A DNA stretch of 64,000 nucleotides from Pseudomonadales bacterium (GCA_040880285.1 JBBDIT010000055.1:133692-197691); one strand, 5' to 3'; shown: positions 46,733 to 57,005, numbered from the stretch's first letter. The notes: generated from the letters alone by a model not told the origin. A program made the numbers and translations.

Positions 46733-48757
46733 ATGGCAGAAAAATCCAGTGTAGTTGGAAACATTATAAAAAACCCGGTGATCGCGGGGCTCTTCGTGAT
46801 CCTCGCGTTGTTGATTGCCGGGTTTGCAGCGAATTTTTACTTTATCAGCAGGGATTCTGTCAGGCTGGACAGTTACCTCCGATACAGCAATGATCTTATG
46901 GTCCTGTCGCAGCAAACGGCGAAAAATGCTGCTGCCGCGGTCGATGGCGTGACCGAGGCGTTCGATGCGCTGGCTGCCAACCGTAACAGTTTTGACGTAA
47001 ACCTTTCCTATCTTGAGAATGGCAATGCGACGATGGGCCTGCCTGCCTCGCCGGAATACGCCAAAGCTGCCCTTTCAAGTGCGGTGTCGCGATGGAATGG
47101 GATACGGGAACAAATTAACCAGGTTGTATCGAATCGAGAGGCCATCGTTAGCCTGCGAGAGCTTGCCACGGACCTGGGCATTACGCTTTCCGCAATCCAA
47201 CAAGAAAACAACAAGATTGTGGCTGAGATGGTGCGCCTGTCTGCTTCTGCTCCGGAAATTGCCCTCGCCCAACGCCAAAATCTTTTGGTAGAGCGAATGT
47301 CGAGAAGCCTCGATCGAATCGTCGAGGGTAGTGTGACAGATAGTCTCTCGGCGAACTTCGCTCGTGACAGTCGAACTTTCAAACAAGTGTTGGACGGCAT
47401 GATTGATGGCGACCGGGAATTGTTGCTAAGTCCTGCATCCAATCCAGATGTAAGAGCAAGCCTGGCCAGAGTCGAGGAACTCTACAGATCCGTATCGTCG
47501 AGAAGCAATGAGATTCTCACCGGTGCCGGTGATGTTCTGGAAGCACGGCAAGCAGCGCATTCGATCCAGGCGGGAGCCAACGAGTTCCTTACGATCCTTG
47601 ATCGCTTATCCAGCGTCTATGAGGCTAAACAAGGCACCGGCCTTGCGTCGCCACTGGTTGGCATCGGTTCTGCCGGTGGTGCCTTTCTGGTGATTCTGGT
47701 GATCAGCCTTCTGGTTTATCGGGAGGCAAGCCAGAGCGTGCAGGAGTCAGCGGTCCAGAATGAACAAAATCAGGCGGCGATTCTTCAGTTGCTCGATGAA
47801 CTCGCTGACCTTGCGGACGGTGATCTTCGGGTGCAGGCGACGGTAACGGAGAGCTTTACCGGTGCAATCGCAGATTCGATTAATTTCTCTATTGACCAGA
47901 TGCGAGGACTGGTTGCAAAGATTAATGAGACCTCTGGTCAGGTGTCAGCAGCAGCAGAAGAAACCAAATCTTCTGTCAGCCAATTGTCTGATGCATCGCA
48001 GCAACAATCCAAGGAAATTTCCGATGTATCCGAGGCTGTCAACGAGATGGCCGTGTCCATCGACCAGGTCTCCTATAATGCGGCGGAGTCATCTTCGGTC
48101 GCGGAAAAATCAGTGGATATCGCAAGTAAAGGCGCTGTCGTCGTCCAAAATACGATCGATGGCATGGACAAGATTCGTGGTCAGATTCAGGAGACAGCCA
48201 AAAGAATCAAACGACTGGGTGAAAGTTCGCAAGAGATTGGCGACATCGTGTCGCTTATTAACGATATCGCTGACCAAACCAACATCCTGTCGCTTAACGC
48301 GGCTATCCAGGCGTCAATGGCGGGTGATGCGGGTAAAGGCTTTGCTGTTGTTGCCGACGAGGTTCAGAGATTGGCAGAGCGATCCGGGGCTGCAGCAAAA
48401 CAGATTTCCGCCCTGGTAAAAACCATCCAGAGTGACACCAATGAAGCGGTGACGTCCATGGAACAAACGACTTCAGAGGTTGTCCAGGGCACGAGGCTCG
48501 CACAGGATGCTGGAGTCGCGCTCGGCGAAATTGAAGGCGTGTCCAAATCATTGGCAGAGATTATCGAAAACATTTCGGACGCTGCCAGACAACAAGCCGC
48601 GTCAGCAGGCAAGATTTCAAATACGATGAAGAGCATCCAGGAGATTACGTCGCAAACTACCGAAGGTACACGTTCAACTGTCATTGCGGTAGGCAACCTT
48701 GCGGACATGACGAACGAACTCCGATCCTCCGTTACCGGTTTCAAATTACCAGGCTAG
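46733..48757 (+). CDS. pilJ: Methyl-accepting chemotaxis protein PilJ
   Basis: 674 aa. N-terminal TM, a periplasmic PilJ-type domain, a second TM, a HAMP domain and the MCP signalling hairpin ([51 protein letters not shown]). Confidence 0.92.
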   Translation: MAEKSSVVGNIIKNPVIAGLFVILALLIAGFAANFYFISRDSVRLDSYLRYSNDLMVLSQQTAKNAAAAVDGVTEAFDALAANRNSFDVNLSYLENGNATMGLPASPEYAKAALSSAVSRWNGIREQINQVVSNREAIVSLRELATDLGITLSAIQQENNKIVAEMVRLSASAPEIALAQRQNLLVERMSRSLDRIVEGSVTDSLSANFARDSRTFKQVLDGMIDGDRELLLSPASNPDVRASLARVEELYRSVSSRSNEILTGAGDVLEARQAAHSIQAGANEFLTILDRLSSVYEAKQGTGLASPLVGIGSAGGAFLVILVISLLVYREASQSVQESAVQNEQNQAAILQLLDELADLADGDLRVQATVTESFTGAIADSINFSIDQMRGLVAKINETSGQVSAAAEETKSSVSQLSDASQQQSKEISDVSEAVNEMAVSIDQVSYNAAESSSVAEKSVDIASKGAVVVQNTIDGMDKIRGQIQETAKRIKRLGESSQEIGDIVSLINDIADQTNILSLNAAIQASMAGDAGKGFAVVADEVQRLAERSGAAAKQISALVKTIQSDTNEAVTSMEQTTSEVVQGTRLAQDAGVALGEIEGVSKSLAEIIENISDAARQQAASAGKISNTMKSIQEITSQTTEGTRSTVIAVGNLADMTNELRSSVTGFKLPG

Positions 48758-48793
48758 GGAGCTCTCGAACTAAATGTTAAAAATGGGCACTGC

Positions 48794-51700
48794 ATGAGCG
48801 CAACACAAGACTTTGTAGCGCTGGATTGGATCAAGGGTGAGATTTCTTCTACTCTCGACCAAGCACAACAGGCATTGGAGGCGATTGCAACGTCGCCGGA
48901 CGATGCCGGTAGTATGCGCGCGTGCCTGACGCATTTACACCAGGTCAATGGCACGCTGAAGATGGTGGAGCTTGAAGGGCCCACGAACCTCGCTGCCGAG
49001 ATGGAAGAGCTTGCCCAGGCGTTGATGGGCAATGAAGTACCTGATGTCGGAAAGGCCCAGGAAATCCTGATGCAGGCAATTCTGCAGATGCCCGGTTATC
49101 TGGATCGTATACAGCGTGAACAGCGAGATACACCTGAAATCATCCTGCCGGTGGTGAACAATCTTCGTGAAGCACGTGGTGCTGAGCGACTGGGTGATGC
49201 GGCAATGGATGAGGCGCCGATCATTGATCTCTCGCCCCTGTCTGCGCCCCCATCGGCTGAAGTTGTTGAAGCGTTCAAGTCGGGCAAGGGTCCTGCTGCA
49301 GTTAAGCAGTTACGACAACGGTACCAGCAGGCTTTGATCGCTCTGGTCAAGAAACAGAAAGCCAGGGAGAACTTAAAACTCCTCGGCAAAGTTTTCACCA
49401 TGCTGATCAAACTCTGTGGCGAGTCTCCCATGGGCAATCTTGCGTGGCTCGGACTTGCCGTCGTTGAGGGTATTGCTGGCGGCGTTATTAAACTTGATTC
49501 TGCGCTCGTGGGTCGCCTGAAACAAATTGATGGTGAACTGAAGCGCCTCTCCGATGGTGGCGCGGGGGCGTTATCACAACCCGTGGCCGAAGATCTTGGT
49601 AAGTCACTTCTGGATTCGTTGCACTCTGCGAATAAAGACACGCCAAGAATCGTTGCTGTTCGTGAACGCTTTGTTACCACACCTATTACGCTTGATACCA
49701 AATCCGAGAACTTGTCTTTTGGTCCGGACGACGAAACCCTGTCAGCAGTCGGCAGAATACTGCTGGAAGAGCTTCGCAGTATTACCGATAAGCTGGATAT
49801 CTATGTCAGGTCATCGACCCGGGATACCCAGAATCTTGTGGACTTGCTGCCACAGCTTGATCAAATCACCGGGACGCTGACCCTGGTGGGGCTAGCGGAC
49901 CATCAAAACTCCGTAAGGGAACAGATCGACGTGATCCGATCGCTGGAAGAGTCCAGGGAGAAGCCCACCGAAGATGTCCTGTTGGAGATGGCGCGTGCAT
50001 TTCTGCAGATCGAGACGTCCCTTAACTCACTCGTTGGTGATCAGGACGGCGAATCGGAGGGGTTTGGTGACGTTGGCGAAGCCGAAGCGATGGTGATTAA
50101 AGAGACTCGCAATGGTCTTGCCACATGCAAGGATGCCATCATCGAGTATGTCACCAATAACTTTGACAAGACCAAAGTGCAGGATCTGGCCGGTGCGTTG
50201 CGCGCGCTGCGTGGTGGCCTCGTAATGATTAACCAGACTCGTTGTGCGGACGTATTGTCCGCCGGGGCAGCATATGTTGAGCATCGGCTCCTTTCGGTTG
50301 ACACTCATCCGGCGCTTTCGGATATGGACGACCTGGCTGATGCGATTACCAGTATCGACTATTTCCTTGAACGATATCTTGAAAGTGCCAAGGACCCGTA
50401 TTGGCAAATGGTTGAGGTCGCGGAGGCGGCGATTACGAAACTCGGATTTACGCCTGGCGAGGTACATGGCGTAGCGCCAGCTGCGCCAGAAGCGGAACCG
50501 ATCAGTGAGGAAGTCACGAATGAGGAACCGGACGAAATAGAAGATTTGGCGGAGGCGGCTGAATTCGAACTGGAGGAAATGGACGAGGCCGTCGAGACCG
50601 TCGAGGTGCCAGAATCCGAACCAACTTCAGAGCCTTCAGCGAGTAAAGAGCCTTCAGCGAGTGCAGAGGATGACGAGGAGAGTCTCGTTGACGATGAGAT
50701 TCTGGAGATTTTCATTGATGAAGCGGAAGAGGTGCTTGGTGCCATCAATGAGTTTTTCCCACTCTGGCAGAAGAACATGGCCGACTCTGGCGCGTTGACT
50801 GAAGTTCGCCGCGCGTTTCATACCCTGAAAGGTAGTGGCCGGATGGTCGGTGCCACGGTTATTGGAGAGCTGGCGTGGTCCATCGAGAATCTGCTGAACC
50901 AGGTTATTGAGGGCACCATTACCGCAGATGCCAACCTGCTGGGGTTGATCGAAGAAGTTGTGAACCGGATTCCGGAAGGGATTGAGGCCTTCAAACGTAA
51001 CGATCAAACCGCATTCAAGACCGACGAGATGGTTGCGCGTGCGGAAGCGATAGTCAATCAGGATGTCTCGCCCGTTGATTCCGACGAGACTGATTCCGAA
51101 GATATAGACGATGCCCTGGTTGAAGAAGTCGAATTCGACGAATCCCTCTTTGCCAGGCCGGCAGGAGCGCAAGAGGAACTTTCCCAAGAAGGAGAACCTG
51201 AGGACATTGCCCTCGAAGAGACAGCTTCCCGGGATGAGCAACAAGCCGGGGCTGAAGACGATAGTGAACTCGATGAAATCTTCCTTGGCGAGGCAGAGGA
51301 TCGCATGGAGATCGTCCGTGCTTACAATTCAAATCCGGGGGAAGTAACACCGGATTTGATAGCGGCCTTCCATACCCTCAAAGGAAGCGCGGCAATGGCG
51401 GAAGTCCCGACCGTGTCGAGCATTGCGGCACCGCTGGAGACCTTGGCTAACCTGGTCTACAACCAGGGTATCGCATCGAGTGGATTCGATGAACTTGCGA
51501 TTCAAGGTGCTGACCTCATCGAGCAGGTGTTGGCTGATCTATCAAAATTTCGAGATCAAATTGACGGTGCCGAAGAATTTGTCCAGGCGGCGCGTGCTGC
51601 TGCGACAGACCTGGGAACAACAGAGAAGCGCCCCGCGTTTGATTTCGAGAATATTCGCCTGCTTGGCACTGCCGAGGATGTGTTGGCTGCCTGGGATGAG

Positions 51701-54700
51701 TCACAGGTCAGTCGACTGGTTGATGAACTGAGGGAATCAATCACGCAGGCGAAGAATATCGGACAGGCGGATTTGCAAGTCCTGGCTGAAAGCCTCCTTT
51801 CCGTCTACGAACAGTTGCAAACACGGCCGGACGAACCGGTTGCCGCAACCCTGGCACGCGCGCATGAAGCGCTGGTGTTGATGTTTGACCAGATAGCCGC
51901 CAGCCAACAAGTAGCAGGTGTGCCGGCAATAGTCGAAGAACTCCGCGCCCTTGATATCAATGCTTCGCCTGCTGGAGTGGAAGAGCAGGCCCAGACGCTT
52001 CCTGAAGACGATGTTGATGAAGAAGTCCTGGTACTCTTTCTGGAAGAAGCCGAAGAGCTCATCGAAAACATCGACCAGAGTATTCTCGATTGGAGTAACT
52101 CTCCGGCCGATACTGCCTACCTTGATAACTTGCTTCGAGCTTTGCATACACTAAAGGGTGGTTCGCGGCTTGCTGGCATGAACAGCCTGGGTGAGTATAC
52201 CCACAATTTTGAAACCTTCCTGATTGATGTTCAGAGCAATCCCGTAAACCTGGATGATGCCTTCTTTGGATTGTTGAACGACCGACAAGATGAAATCATC
52301 CGCCGCGTCGGTATTTACACGAAGCTTGCGAACGGCGAAGCGAGTGAAGAAGAACTGGCTTCCATGCGCTTTGCCTCCATCTCCGCGGTACAGCCCGGGC
52401 CCGCAGCGGAGCCTTCAACAGAGCCTTCAGCCAGTAAAGAGCAAGAGCCCTCAGCGGAAAAAGAGCAAGAGCCTTCAGCAGAGCCTTCAGCGAGTAGAGA
52501 GCCCTCAGCGGAAAAAGAGCAAGAGCCCTCAGTACTCGAAACGCCCGTAACCGTGACGATCGAACTGCCCGCGGATGAAATTGACGAAGATGTCTTGCCA
52601 ATCTTCCTTGAAGAAGCGGAAGAGTTGGTTGAATCTATCGATGCGGGTATCACCGACTGGAGTAACGATCCTGATTCAACTGAACATCTGGATCTACTGC
52701 TTCGGCATTTACATACGCTAAAAGGCGGGTCGCGACTTGCTGGTCTGGCAAGCCTCGGGGAGTACACGCACAATTTCGAAACTTTCCTGATAGGAATTCA
52801 ACAGAACCCGGTGGGGCTGGATGATGCCTTCTTTGCGCTGGTTAACCAGCGCTCGGATGAGATAAACCGGCGCGTTGGTATCTATAATAAGTTGGCAACG
52901 GGTGAAGCGACGGACGAAGAATTAGATTCCATGCGTACCGCCCCTGACGCCGCACCCACATCCGCCACCGCGGAGCCTTCAGCGGACAGAGAGCCCTCAG
53001 CGGAGCCCTCAGCGAGTAAAGAGCCCTCAGCGAGTAAGGAGCCCTCAGCGGAAAAAGACCAAGAGCCAGCCCCCGCAACCGATAAAAAGCCGGCGGCGCA
53101 GCAACCGCAAACGGAAATGGTCCGTGTTTCTTCAGACCTGCTGGAAGGATTGATCGGTCTTGCGGGTGAATCCAGTATTACCCGTGGCCGGGTTGAACAG
53201 CAAATCGCTGACTTCGGTGAGGCTCTCGAAGAGATGGAAGAAACCATCAACCGGGTCCGTGACCATGCACGTCGACTCGAAATCGAAGCAGAGTCCAGGG
53301 AAACAGTGTTCCGCAGCCAACAGGCTGAGAGCGAACAGAATTCACCATTTGACGATCTTGAGATGGATCGCTACACCATGTTGCAGGAAATCTCGCGGGC
53401 CCTGTCCGAGGGTGCATCGGACATGATGGACCTTAAGGATACCCTGGTTAACAAGAGCCGTGATGCAGAAACCCTGCTGCACCAGCAAGCACGAATTGGC
53501 AGTGATCTCCAGGAAGGATTGACGCGTACGCGGATGGTACCTTTTGCGAGACTGATTCCGCGCCTTAGGCGCATTGTTAGACAAATTAGTACCGAGGTTG
53601 GCAAGTCAGTACGATTCGATGCTTATAATGTCGAGGGGGAGCTGGATCGAAATGTACTTGACAGGATTGTTGCACCGCTTGAACACATGCTGCGGAATGC
53701 AGTTGACCATGGTATTGAATCGGCGGAAAAGCGAAAAGAAGCCGGTAAGCCCGAGCAGGGTCGCATCAGCCTGAGATTGTCGCGTGAAGGCGGTTATGTG
53801 GTTCTGAACGTCAGTGATGATGGTGGGGGGATTAACGTCGAGGCAGTCAAACAGAAAGCTATAGAACGAGGACTGATTACCGAGGACTCAGACGTCTCAG
53901 ACCACGAGGTGCGCCAATTCATCATGAATGCCGGGTTCAGTACCGCGCAAAAACTGACCCAGATATCGGGCCGAGGTGTGGGTATGGATGTGGTCTCAAG
54001 CGAGATCAAAGCGCTTGGTGGCACCGTGTCTATTGATTCCACCTTCGGTGTGGGTACTGAATTCACGATACAGCTGCCGTTCACCGTTTCAATTAATCGT
54101 GCGCTGATGGTTGTGGTTCAGGATGAAATTTATGCGGTCCCATTGAACACAATTGAAGGCATTGTTCGTGTCAGCCCTTATGAACTCGAAGCCTATTATC
54201 AGCCTGATGCACCCATGTTTGAGTATGCCGGCCAACCGTATCGACTGGCCTACATGGGCGGTATGCTTGAAAAGTCATCGAACCCAAATCTGGAAGGTCA
54301 GGTCGCACCATTGCCGGTTATTCTGGCGCGAAGCGGCGATCATGCGGTGGCGCTCCAGGTTGACCGCGTTATCGGTAGTAAGGAGGTGGTAGTTAAAAGC
54401 CTCGGACCCCAGTTCAATGAAGTAGGCGGGATATCCGGGGCGACGGTTCTCGGTGATGGCAGTGTAGTGATTATCCTGGATGTCATGGCGTTGGTGAGAA
54501 GCAATGATTTAAAGGAAATCTCAGAGCCGGACGGTACCGAAGAAATTACCGAGGACGCTGGCGTCCGCACCATTATGATCGTCGATGATTCGGTCACGGT
54601 GAGGAAGGTAACCTCGCGCCTGATGGAACGCCAGGGCTGGGAGGTGTTGACTGCAAAGGATGGCCTCGATGCCATGAACCAACTTGCCGAGACTTACCCT

Positions 54701-54940
54701 TCTCTGGTGCTGCTCGACATCGAGATGCCACGAATGGATGGATTCGAAGTCTTGCGATCCGTGCGTCGTGATGAGCGACTCAAAGACTTGCCCATTATTA
54801 TGATCACCTCAAGGACCGGCGAAAAGCACCAGCAACAGGCGTTTGAATTGGGTGTGAATCGATACATGGGCAAACCGTTTCAGGAAGCCGACCTCCTTAC
54901 TAACATCGAGGAAGTGCTGGCGGAAGCCAAAGGTCGCTGA
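48794..54940 (+). CDS. chpA: Hybrid CheA-type histidine kinase ChpA (multi-Hpt, HATPase, CheW-like and C-terminal receiver domains)
   Basis: 2048 aa. Five Hpt-type modules have an intact His motif (HLHQVNGTLKM, FHTLKGSGRM, FHTLKGSAAM, LHTLKGGSRL twice). About three are degenerate (e.g. LDQITGTLTLVG, LRALRGGLVMI). Then follow the CheA dimerisation/HATPase core (HMLRNAVDHGIE...GRGVGMDVV), a CheW-like domain and a REC domain (IMIVDDS...LLDIEMPRMDG...MGKPF). Confidence 0.93.
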   Translation: MSATQDFVALDWIKGEISSTLDQAQQALEAIATSPDDAGSMRACLTHLHQVNGTLKMVELEGPTNLAAEMEELAQALMGNEVPDVGKAQEILMQAILQMPGYLDRIQREQRDTPEIILPVVNNLREARGAERLGDAAMDEAPIIDLSPLSAPPSAEVVEAFKSGKGPAAVKQLRQRYQQALIALVKKQKARENLKLLGKVFTMLIKLCGESPMGNLAWLGLAVVEGIAGGVIKLDSALVGRLKQIDGELKRLSDGGAGALSQPVAEDLGKSLLDSLHSANKDTPRIVAVRERFVTTPITLDTKSENLSFGPDDETLSAVGRILLEELRSITDKLDIYVRSSTRDTQNLVDLLPQLDQITGTLTLVGLADHQNSVREQIDVIRSLEESREKPTEDVLLEMARAFLQIETSLNSLVGDQDGESEGFGDVGEAEAMVIKETRNGLATCKDAIIEYVTNNFDKTKVQDLAGALRALRGGLVMINQTRCADVLSAGAAYVEHRLLSVDTHPALSDMDDLADAITSIDYFLERYLESAKDPYWQMVEVAEAAITKLGFTPGEVHGVAPAAPEAEPISEEVTNEEPDEIEDLAEAAEFELEEMDEAVETVEVPESEPTSEPSASKEPSASAEDDEESLVDDEILEIFIDEAEEVLGAINEFFPLWQKNMADSGALTEVRRAFHTLKGSGRMVGATVIGELAWSIENLLNQVIEGTITADANLLGLIEEVVNRIPEGIEAFKRNDQTAFKTDEMVARAEAIVNQDVSPVDSDETDSEDIDDALVEEVEFDESLFARPAGAQEELSQEGEPEDIALEETASRDEQQAGAEDDSELDEIFLGEAEDRMEIVRAYNSNPGEVTPDLIAAFHTLKGSAAMAEVPTVSSIAAPLETLANLVYNQGIASSGFDELAIQGADLIEQVLADLSKFRDQIDGAEEFVQAARAAATDLGTTEKRPAFDFENIRLLGTAEDVLAAWDESQVSRLVDELRESITQAKNIGQADLQVLAESLLSVYEQLQTRPDEPVAATLARAHEALVLMFDQIAASQQVAGVPAIVEELRALDINASPAGVEEQAQTLPEDDVDEEVLVLFLEEAEELIENIDQSILDWSNSPADTAYLDNLLRALHTLKGGSRLAGMNSLGEYTHNFETFLIDVQSNPVNLDDAFFGLLNDRQDEIIRRVGIYTKLANGEASEEELASMRFASISAVQPGPAAEPSTEPSASKEQEPSAEKEQEPSAEPSASREPSAEKEQEPSVLETPVTVTIELPADEIDEDVLPIFLEEAEELVESIDAGITDWSNDPDSTEHLDLLLRHLHTLKGGSRLAGLASLGEYTHNFETFLIGIQQNPVGLDDAFFALVNQRSDEINRRVGIYNKLATGEATDEELDSMRTAPDAAPTSATAEPSADREPSAEPSASKEPSASKEPSAEKDQEPAPATDKKPAAQQPQTEMVRVSSDLLEGLIGLAGESSITRGRVEQQIADFGEALEEMEETINRVRDHARRLEIEAESRETVFRSQQAESEQNSPFDDLEMDRYTMLQEISRALSEGASDMMDLKDTLVNKSRDAETLLHQQARIGSDLQEGLTRTRMVPFARLIPRLRRIVRQISTEVGKSVRFDAYNVEGELDRNVLDRIVAPLEHMLRNAVDHGIESAEKRKEAGKPEQGRISLRLSREGGYVVLNVSDDGGGINVEAVKQKAIERGLITEDSDVSDHEVRQFIMNAGFSTAQKLTQISGRGVGMDVVSSEIKALGGTVSIDSTFGVGTEFTIQLPFTVSINRALMVVVQDEIYAVPLNTIEGIVRVSPYELEAYYQPDAPMFEYAGQPYRLAYMGGMLEKSSNPNLEGQVAPLPVILARSGDHAVALQVDRVIGSKEVVVKSLGPQFNEVGGISGATVLGDGSVVIILDVMALVRSNDLKEISEPDGTEEITEDAGVRTIMIVDDSVTVRKVTSRLMERQGWEVLTAKDGLDAMNQLAETYPSLVLLDIEMPRMDGFEVLRSVRRDERLKDLPIIMITSRTGEKHQQQAFELGVNRYMGKPFQEADLLTNIEEVLAEAKGR
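50618..50665 (+). repeat. EP(T/S)(S/A)-type acidic linker repeat array A inside chpA
   Basis: Encodes EPTSEPSASKEPSASA. At DNA level the 18-nt unit GAGCCTTCAGCGAGTAAA is followed by GAGCCTTCAGCGAGTGCA. Confidence 0.85.
52409..52531 (+). repeat. EPSA-type linker repeat array B inside chpA
   Basis: Encodes EPSTEPSASKEQEPSAEKEQEPSAEPSASREPSAEKEQEPS (41 aa), built from GAGCC(T/C)TCAGC-containing units. Confidence 0.9.
52973..53071 (+). repeat. EPSA-type linker repeat array C inside chpA
   Basis: Encodes EPSADREPSAEPSASKEPSASKEPSAEKDQEPA (33 aa), using the same DNA unit family as arrays A and B. Confidence 0.9.
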
Positions 54941-54942
54941 CC

Positions 54943-55407
54943 GTGTCTGAAAGTTCAATCGAGATTCCTACCTTTATCCTGCCACTGCAGCGAAGTAACC
55001 TGCTCGTACCTAACGCCACGGTAGCAGAAATCATTCCCTATGAACCCTTGCAACGGATGCAAGATTCACCGGATTGGTTTTTAGGATTTCTCGGTTGGCG
55101 AGGGGTTCAGGTACCGGTTGTCTCGTTTGAAATGTTGAGCGTAAAACGGGGAAGCTTTTCGCTGGTCAGTGTTTCCTCGGCGAGTCTCGTAATTTTGAAG
55201 GCACTGGGGGGCAATCCGGAACTACGTTTTTTTGCAATGGTCGCACAGGCGCTACCTCGATTGGTCCGAATCAAGGAAAATGAACTGTTCGAAACTGGTG
55301 AAGACAGCGGCGAGACAGAACTGCAAAAAGTGAGATACGCTGACGAGATCGTTTCCTTGCCAAATCTCGACTACATCGAGTCTTCTATCCTCGAAGTCAT
55401 CCGGTAG
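54943..55407 (+). CDS. chpC: CheW-like protein ChpC
   Basis: 154 aa from a GTG start 2 nt after the chpA stop. CheW-like pattern (LLVPNATVAEIIPYEPL...DWFLGFLGWRGVQVPVVSFE). Position corresponds to chpC of the P. aeruginosa cluster. Confidence 0.7.
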   Translation: MSESSIEIPTFILPLQRSNLLVPNATVAEIIPYEPLQRMQDSPDWFLGFLGWRGVQVPVVSFEMLSVKRGSFSLVSVSSASLVILKALGGNPELRFFAMVAQALPRLVRIKENELFETGEDSGETELQKVRYADEIVSLPNLDYIESSILEVIR

Positions 55408-55412
55408 GAATG

Positions 55413-56135
55413 CTAGAGATCACCCCAGCGGGACTGGACAAGACTGATTAGCGTAAGGGGAGCCGTGTCAGCCCGAAGGATTCTTGGTCCCAGATTGATT
55501 GACTCAAATTCGTTCGCCCCGGCGAGTTCGACTTCATCATCACTCAGCCCACCTTCCGGTCCTATCAGCAATGCGACACAAGTCGGTACACAGGTGATAT
55601 CACGGAAATGGTTGCCTTTGCCTGGATGCGCAACCAGTTTGAGTTCTGCTCGCACCGATTGAATCCAGTCCGCCACCGAACTGACCTCCTGAAGAGTCGG
55701 TGGGCAGTTGCGTTCACATTGCTCACAGGTCGTTCTGCTAACTTGTAGCCAGTGATGCTTGCGTTTCTTGAGACTTTTTTCAGCGACCGTTGTGAAGCGC
55801 GTAATAAGTGGTGTGATCTCACTGACACCCAACTCGGTAGCCTTCTGAATTGCCACGTCCATGGCATCGCGTTTGAGAATTGCCATGCCCAGTTTGATGA
55901 CAAGATCCGATTCCCGGTCGATCAGCGAAAATGAACCGATCTCAACAGCGGCCCTGTTCCGGTCCAGTGTTTCGATGACGCCGCTATATTGCCCGCCCTG
56001 CCCATTAAACAGGATGATTTCCTGGCCCACGTTGCATCGAAGCACGTTACGGAGGTAATGAGCTTGGGTCTCCGCCAGGGAAATGCAGGTATTCACCTTG
56101 AGGTCTTGCGGTACAAACAGCCGCGGTATTCGCAT
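55413..56135 (-). CDS. rsmE: 16S rRNA (uracil1498-N3)-methyltransferase RsmE
   Basis: 240 aa. MRIPRLFV N-terminus, HYLRNVLR, and a C-terminal SPOUT knot (LLIGPEGGLSDDEV...LGPRILRADTAPL). Confidence 0.92.
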   Translation of the reverse strand: MRIPRLFVPQDLKVNTCISLAETQAHYLRNVLRCNVGQEIILFNGQGGQYSGVIETLDRNRAAVEIGSFSLIDRESDLVIKLGMAILKRDAMDVAIQKATELGVSEITPLITRFTTVAEKSLKKRKHHWLQVSRTTCEQCERNCPPTLQEVSSVADWIQSVRAELKLVAHPGKGNHFRDITCVPTCVALLIGPEGGLSDDEVELAGANEFESINLGPRILRADTAPLTLISLVQSRWGDL

Positions 56136-56159
56136 TGACGGGACTTCCCCGGAGTGGCG

Positions 56160-57002
56160 CTACAAAGAGAGATTATGCCAAATGCGAAGAGACGGTAAAG
56201 ACTGATTCAGGGTATAGAAGTGTATCCCCGGCGCGCCACCATCGAGCAGCCTTTGGCAAAGATCAGTTAAAATTTCCTCACTGAAGGCCTTTTGGCTGTC
56301 GAGATCCTCGCCATAGGACTCCATCTGGCGTCGAATCCATCTGGGTATATCGGCACCACACTTCTCCGAGAAGCGTACGATGTTGGTGTAGTTTGTGATG
56401 GGCATAATACCGGGCACAATCGGGATGTTGATGCCGAGTTTCTCGCATTGGCCGATGTAACGAAAGTATGCATCGGCATTATAGAAATACTGGGTCAAGG
56501 CACCATCCGCCCCCGCCTCAACTTTTTCCTTGAAGTAATACAGGTCGGATTCCACAGTTTTGGAGTCCGGGTGTACTTCGGGGTAGGCGGCCACGTCGAT
56601 AGTAAAGTGATCACCGGTTTTCTCCCGGATAAACCGGACCAGCTCACTGGCGTAGCGCATGGATTTCGACCCGGTACCGCTCGGCACGTCGCCCCGCAGG
56701 GCAACCACTCGCTTTATCCCGGCATCCTTGTATTCACTGATCAACGCTTCAATTTTCTCAGGTTCATCGCTGCCAAACGAAAGGTGCGGCGCCACATCGG
56801 AACCGGCCTGGTTGATGGCAAGCACCGCCTGTTTGGTCCCATCCTTGGTTGAGCCACCGGCACCATAGGTAACAGAGAAGAACGTTGGATTCGCCTCGCA
56901 CAGACGCTTGTGGACCTGGGACAGTTTTTCAACCGCCTCGGGTGTACGCGGCGCAGAAAACTCGAAGCTGAAATTCCTGGGGAATTCTGACTGGCTGATC
57001 AT
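56160..57002 (-). CDS. metF: 5,10-methylenetetrahydrofolate reductase
   Basis: 280 aa. FSFEFSAPRT, FFSVTYGAGGST, ALRGD and GIHFYTLN motifs. Confidence 0.93.
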   Translation of the reverse strand: MISQSEFPRNFSFEFSAPRTPEAVEKLSQVHKRLCEANPTFFSVTYGAGGSTKDGTKQAVLAINQAGSDVAPHLSFGSDEPEKIEALISEYKDAGIKRVVALRGDVPSGTGSKSMRYASELVRFIREKTGDHFTIDVAAYPEVHPDSKTVESDLYYFKEKVEAGADGALTQYFYNADAYFRYIGQCEKLGINIPIVPGIMPITNYTNIVRFSEKCGADIPRWIRRQMESYGEDLDSQKAFSEEILTDLCQRLLDGGAPGIHFYTLNQSLPSLRIWHNLSL

Positions 57003-57005
57003 GGC

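Noticed and set aside
35784-53071. Short tandem repeats (hemW 9-mer, chpA EPSA arrays) considered as possible CRISPR-like arrays.
   Set aside because: The units are 9-18 bp and contiguous without unique spacers. They are in frame within coding sequences, and no cas genes are present.
48945-54675. Many 60-200-aa ORFs on the minus strand or in other frames inside chpA (e.g. 49096..49701, 50359..50778, 50654..51244, 52315..52773, 52882..53250).
   Set aside because: They lie entirely within a 2048-aa ORF that has unmistakable CheA/Hpt/REC motifs. Their products are low complexity (Ser/Ala/Arg-rich) and mirror the GC-rich third positions and EPSA repeats of chpA, so they are shadow ORFs.
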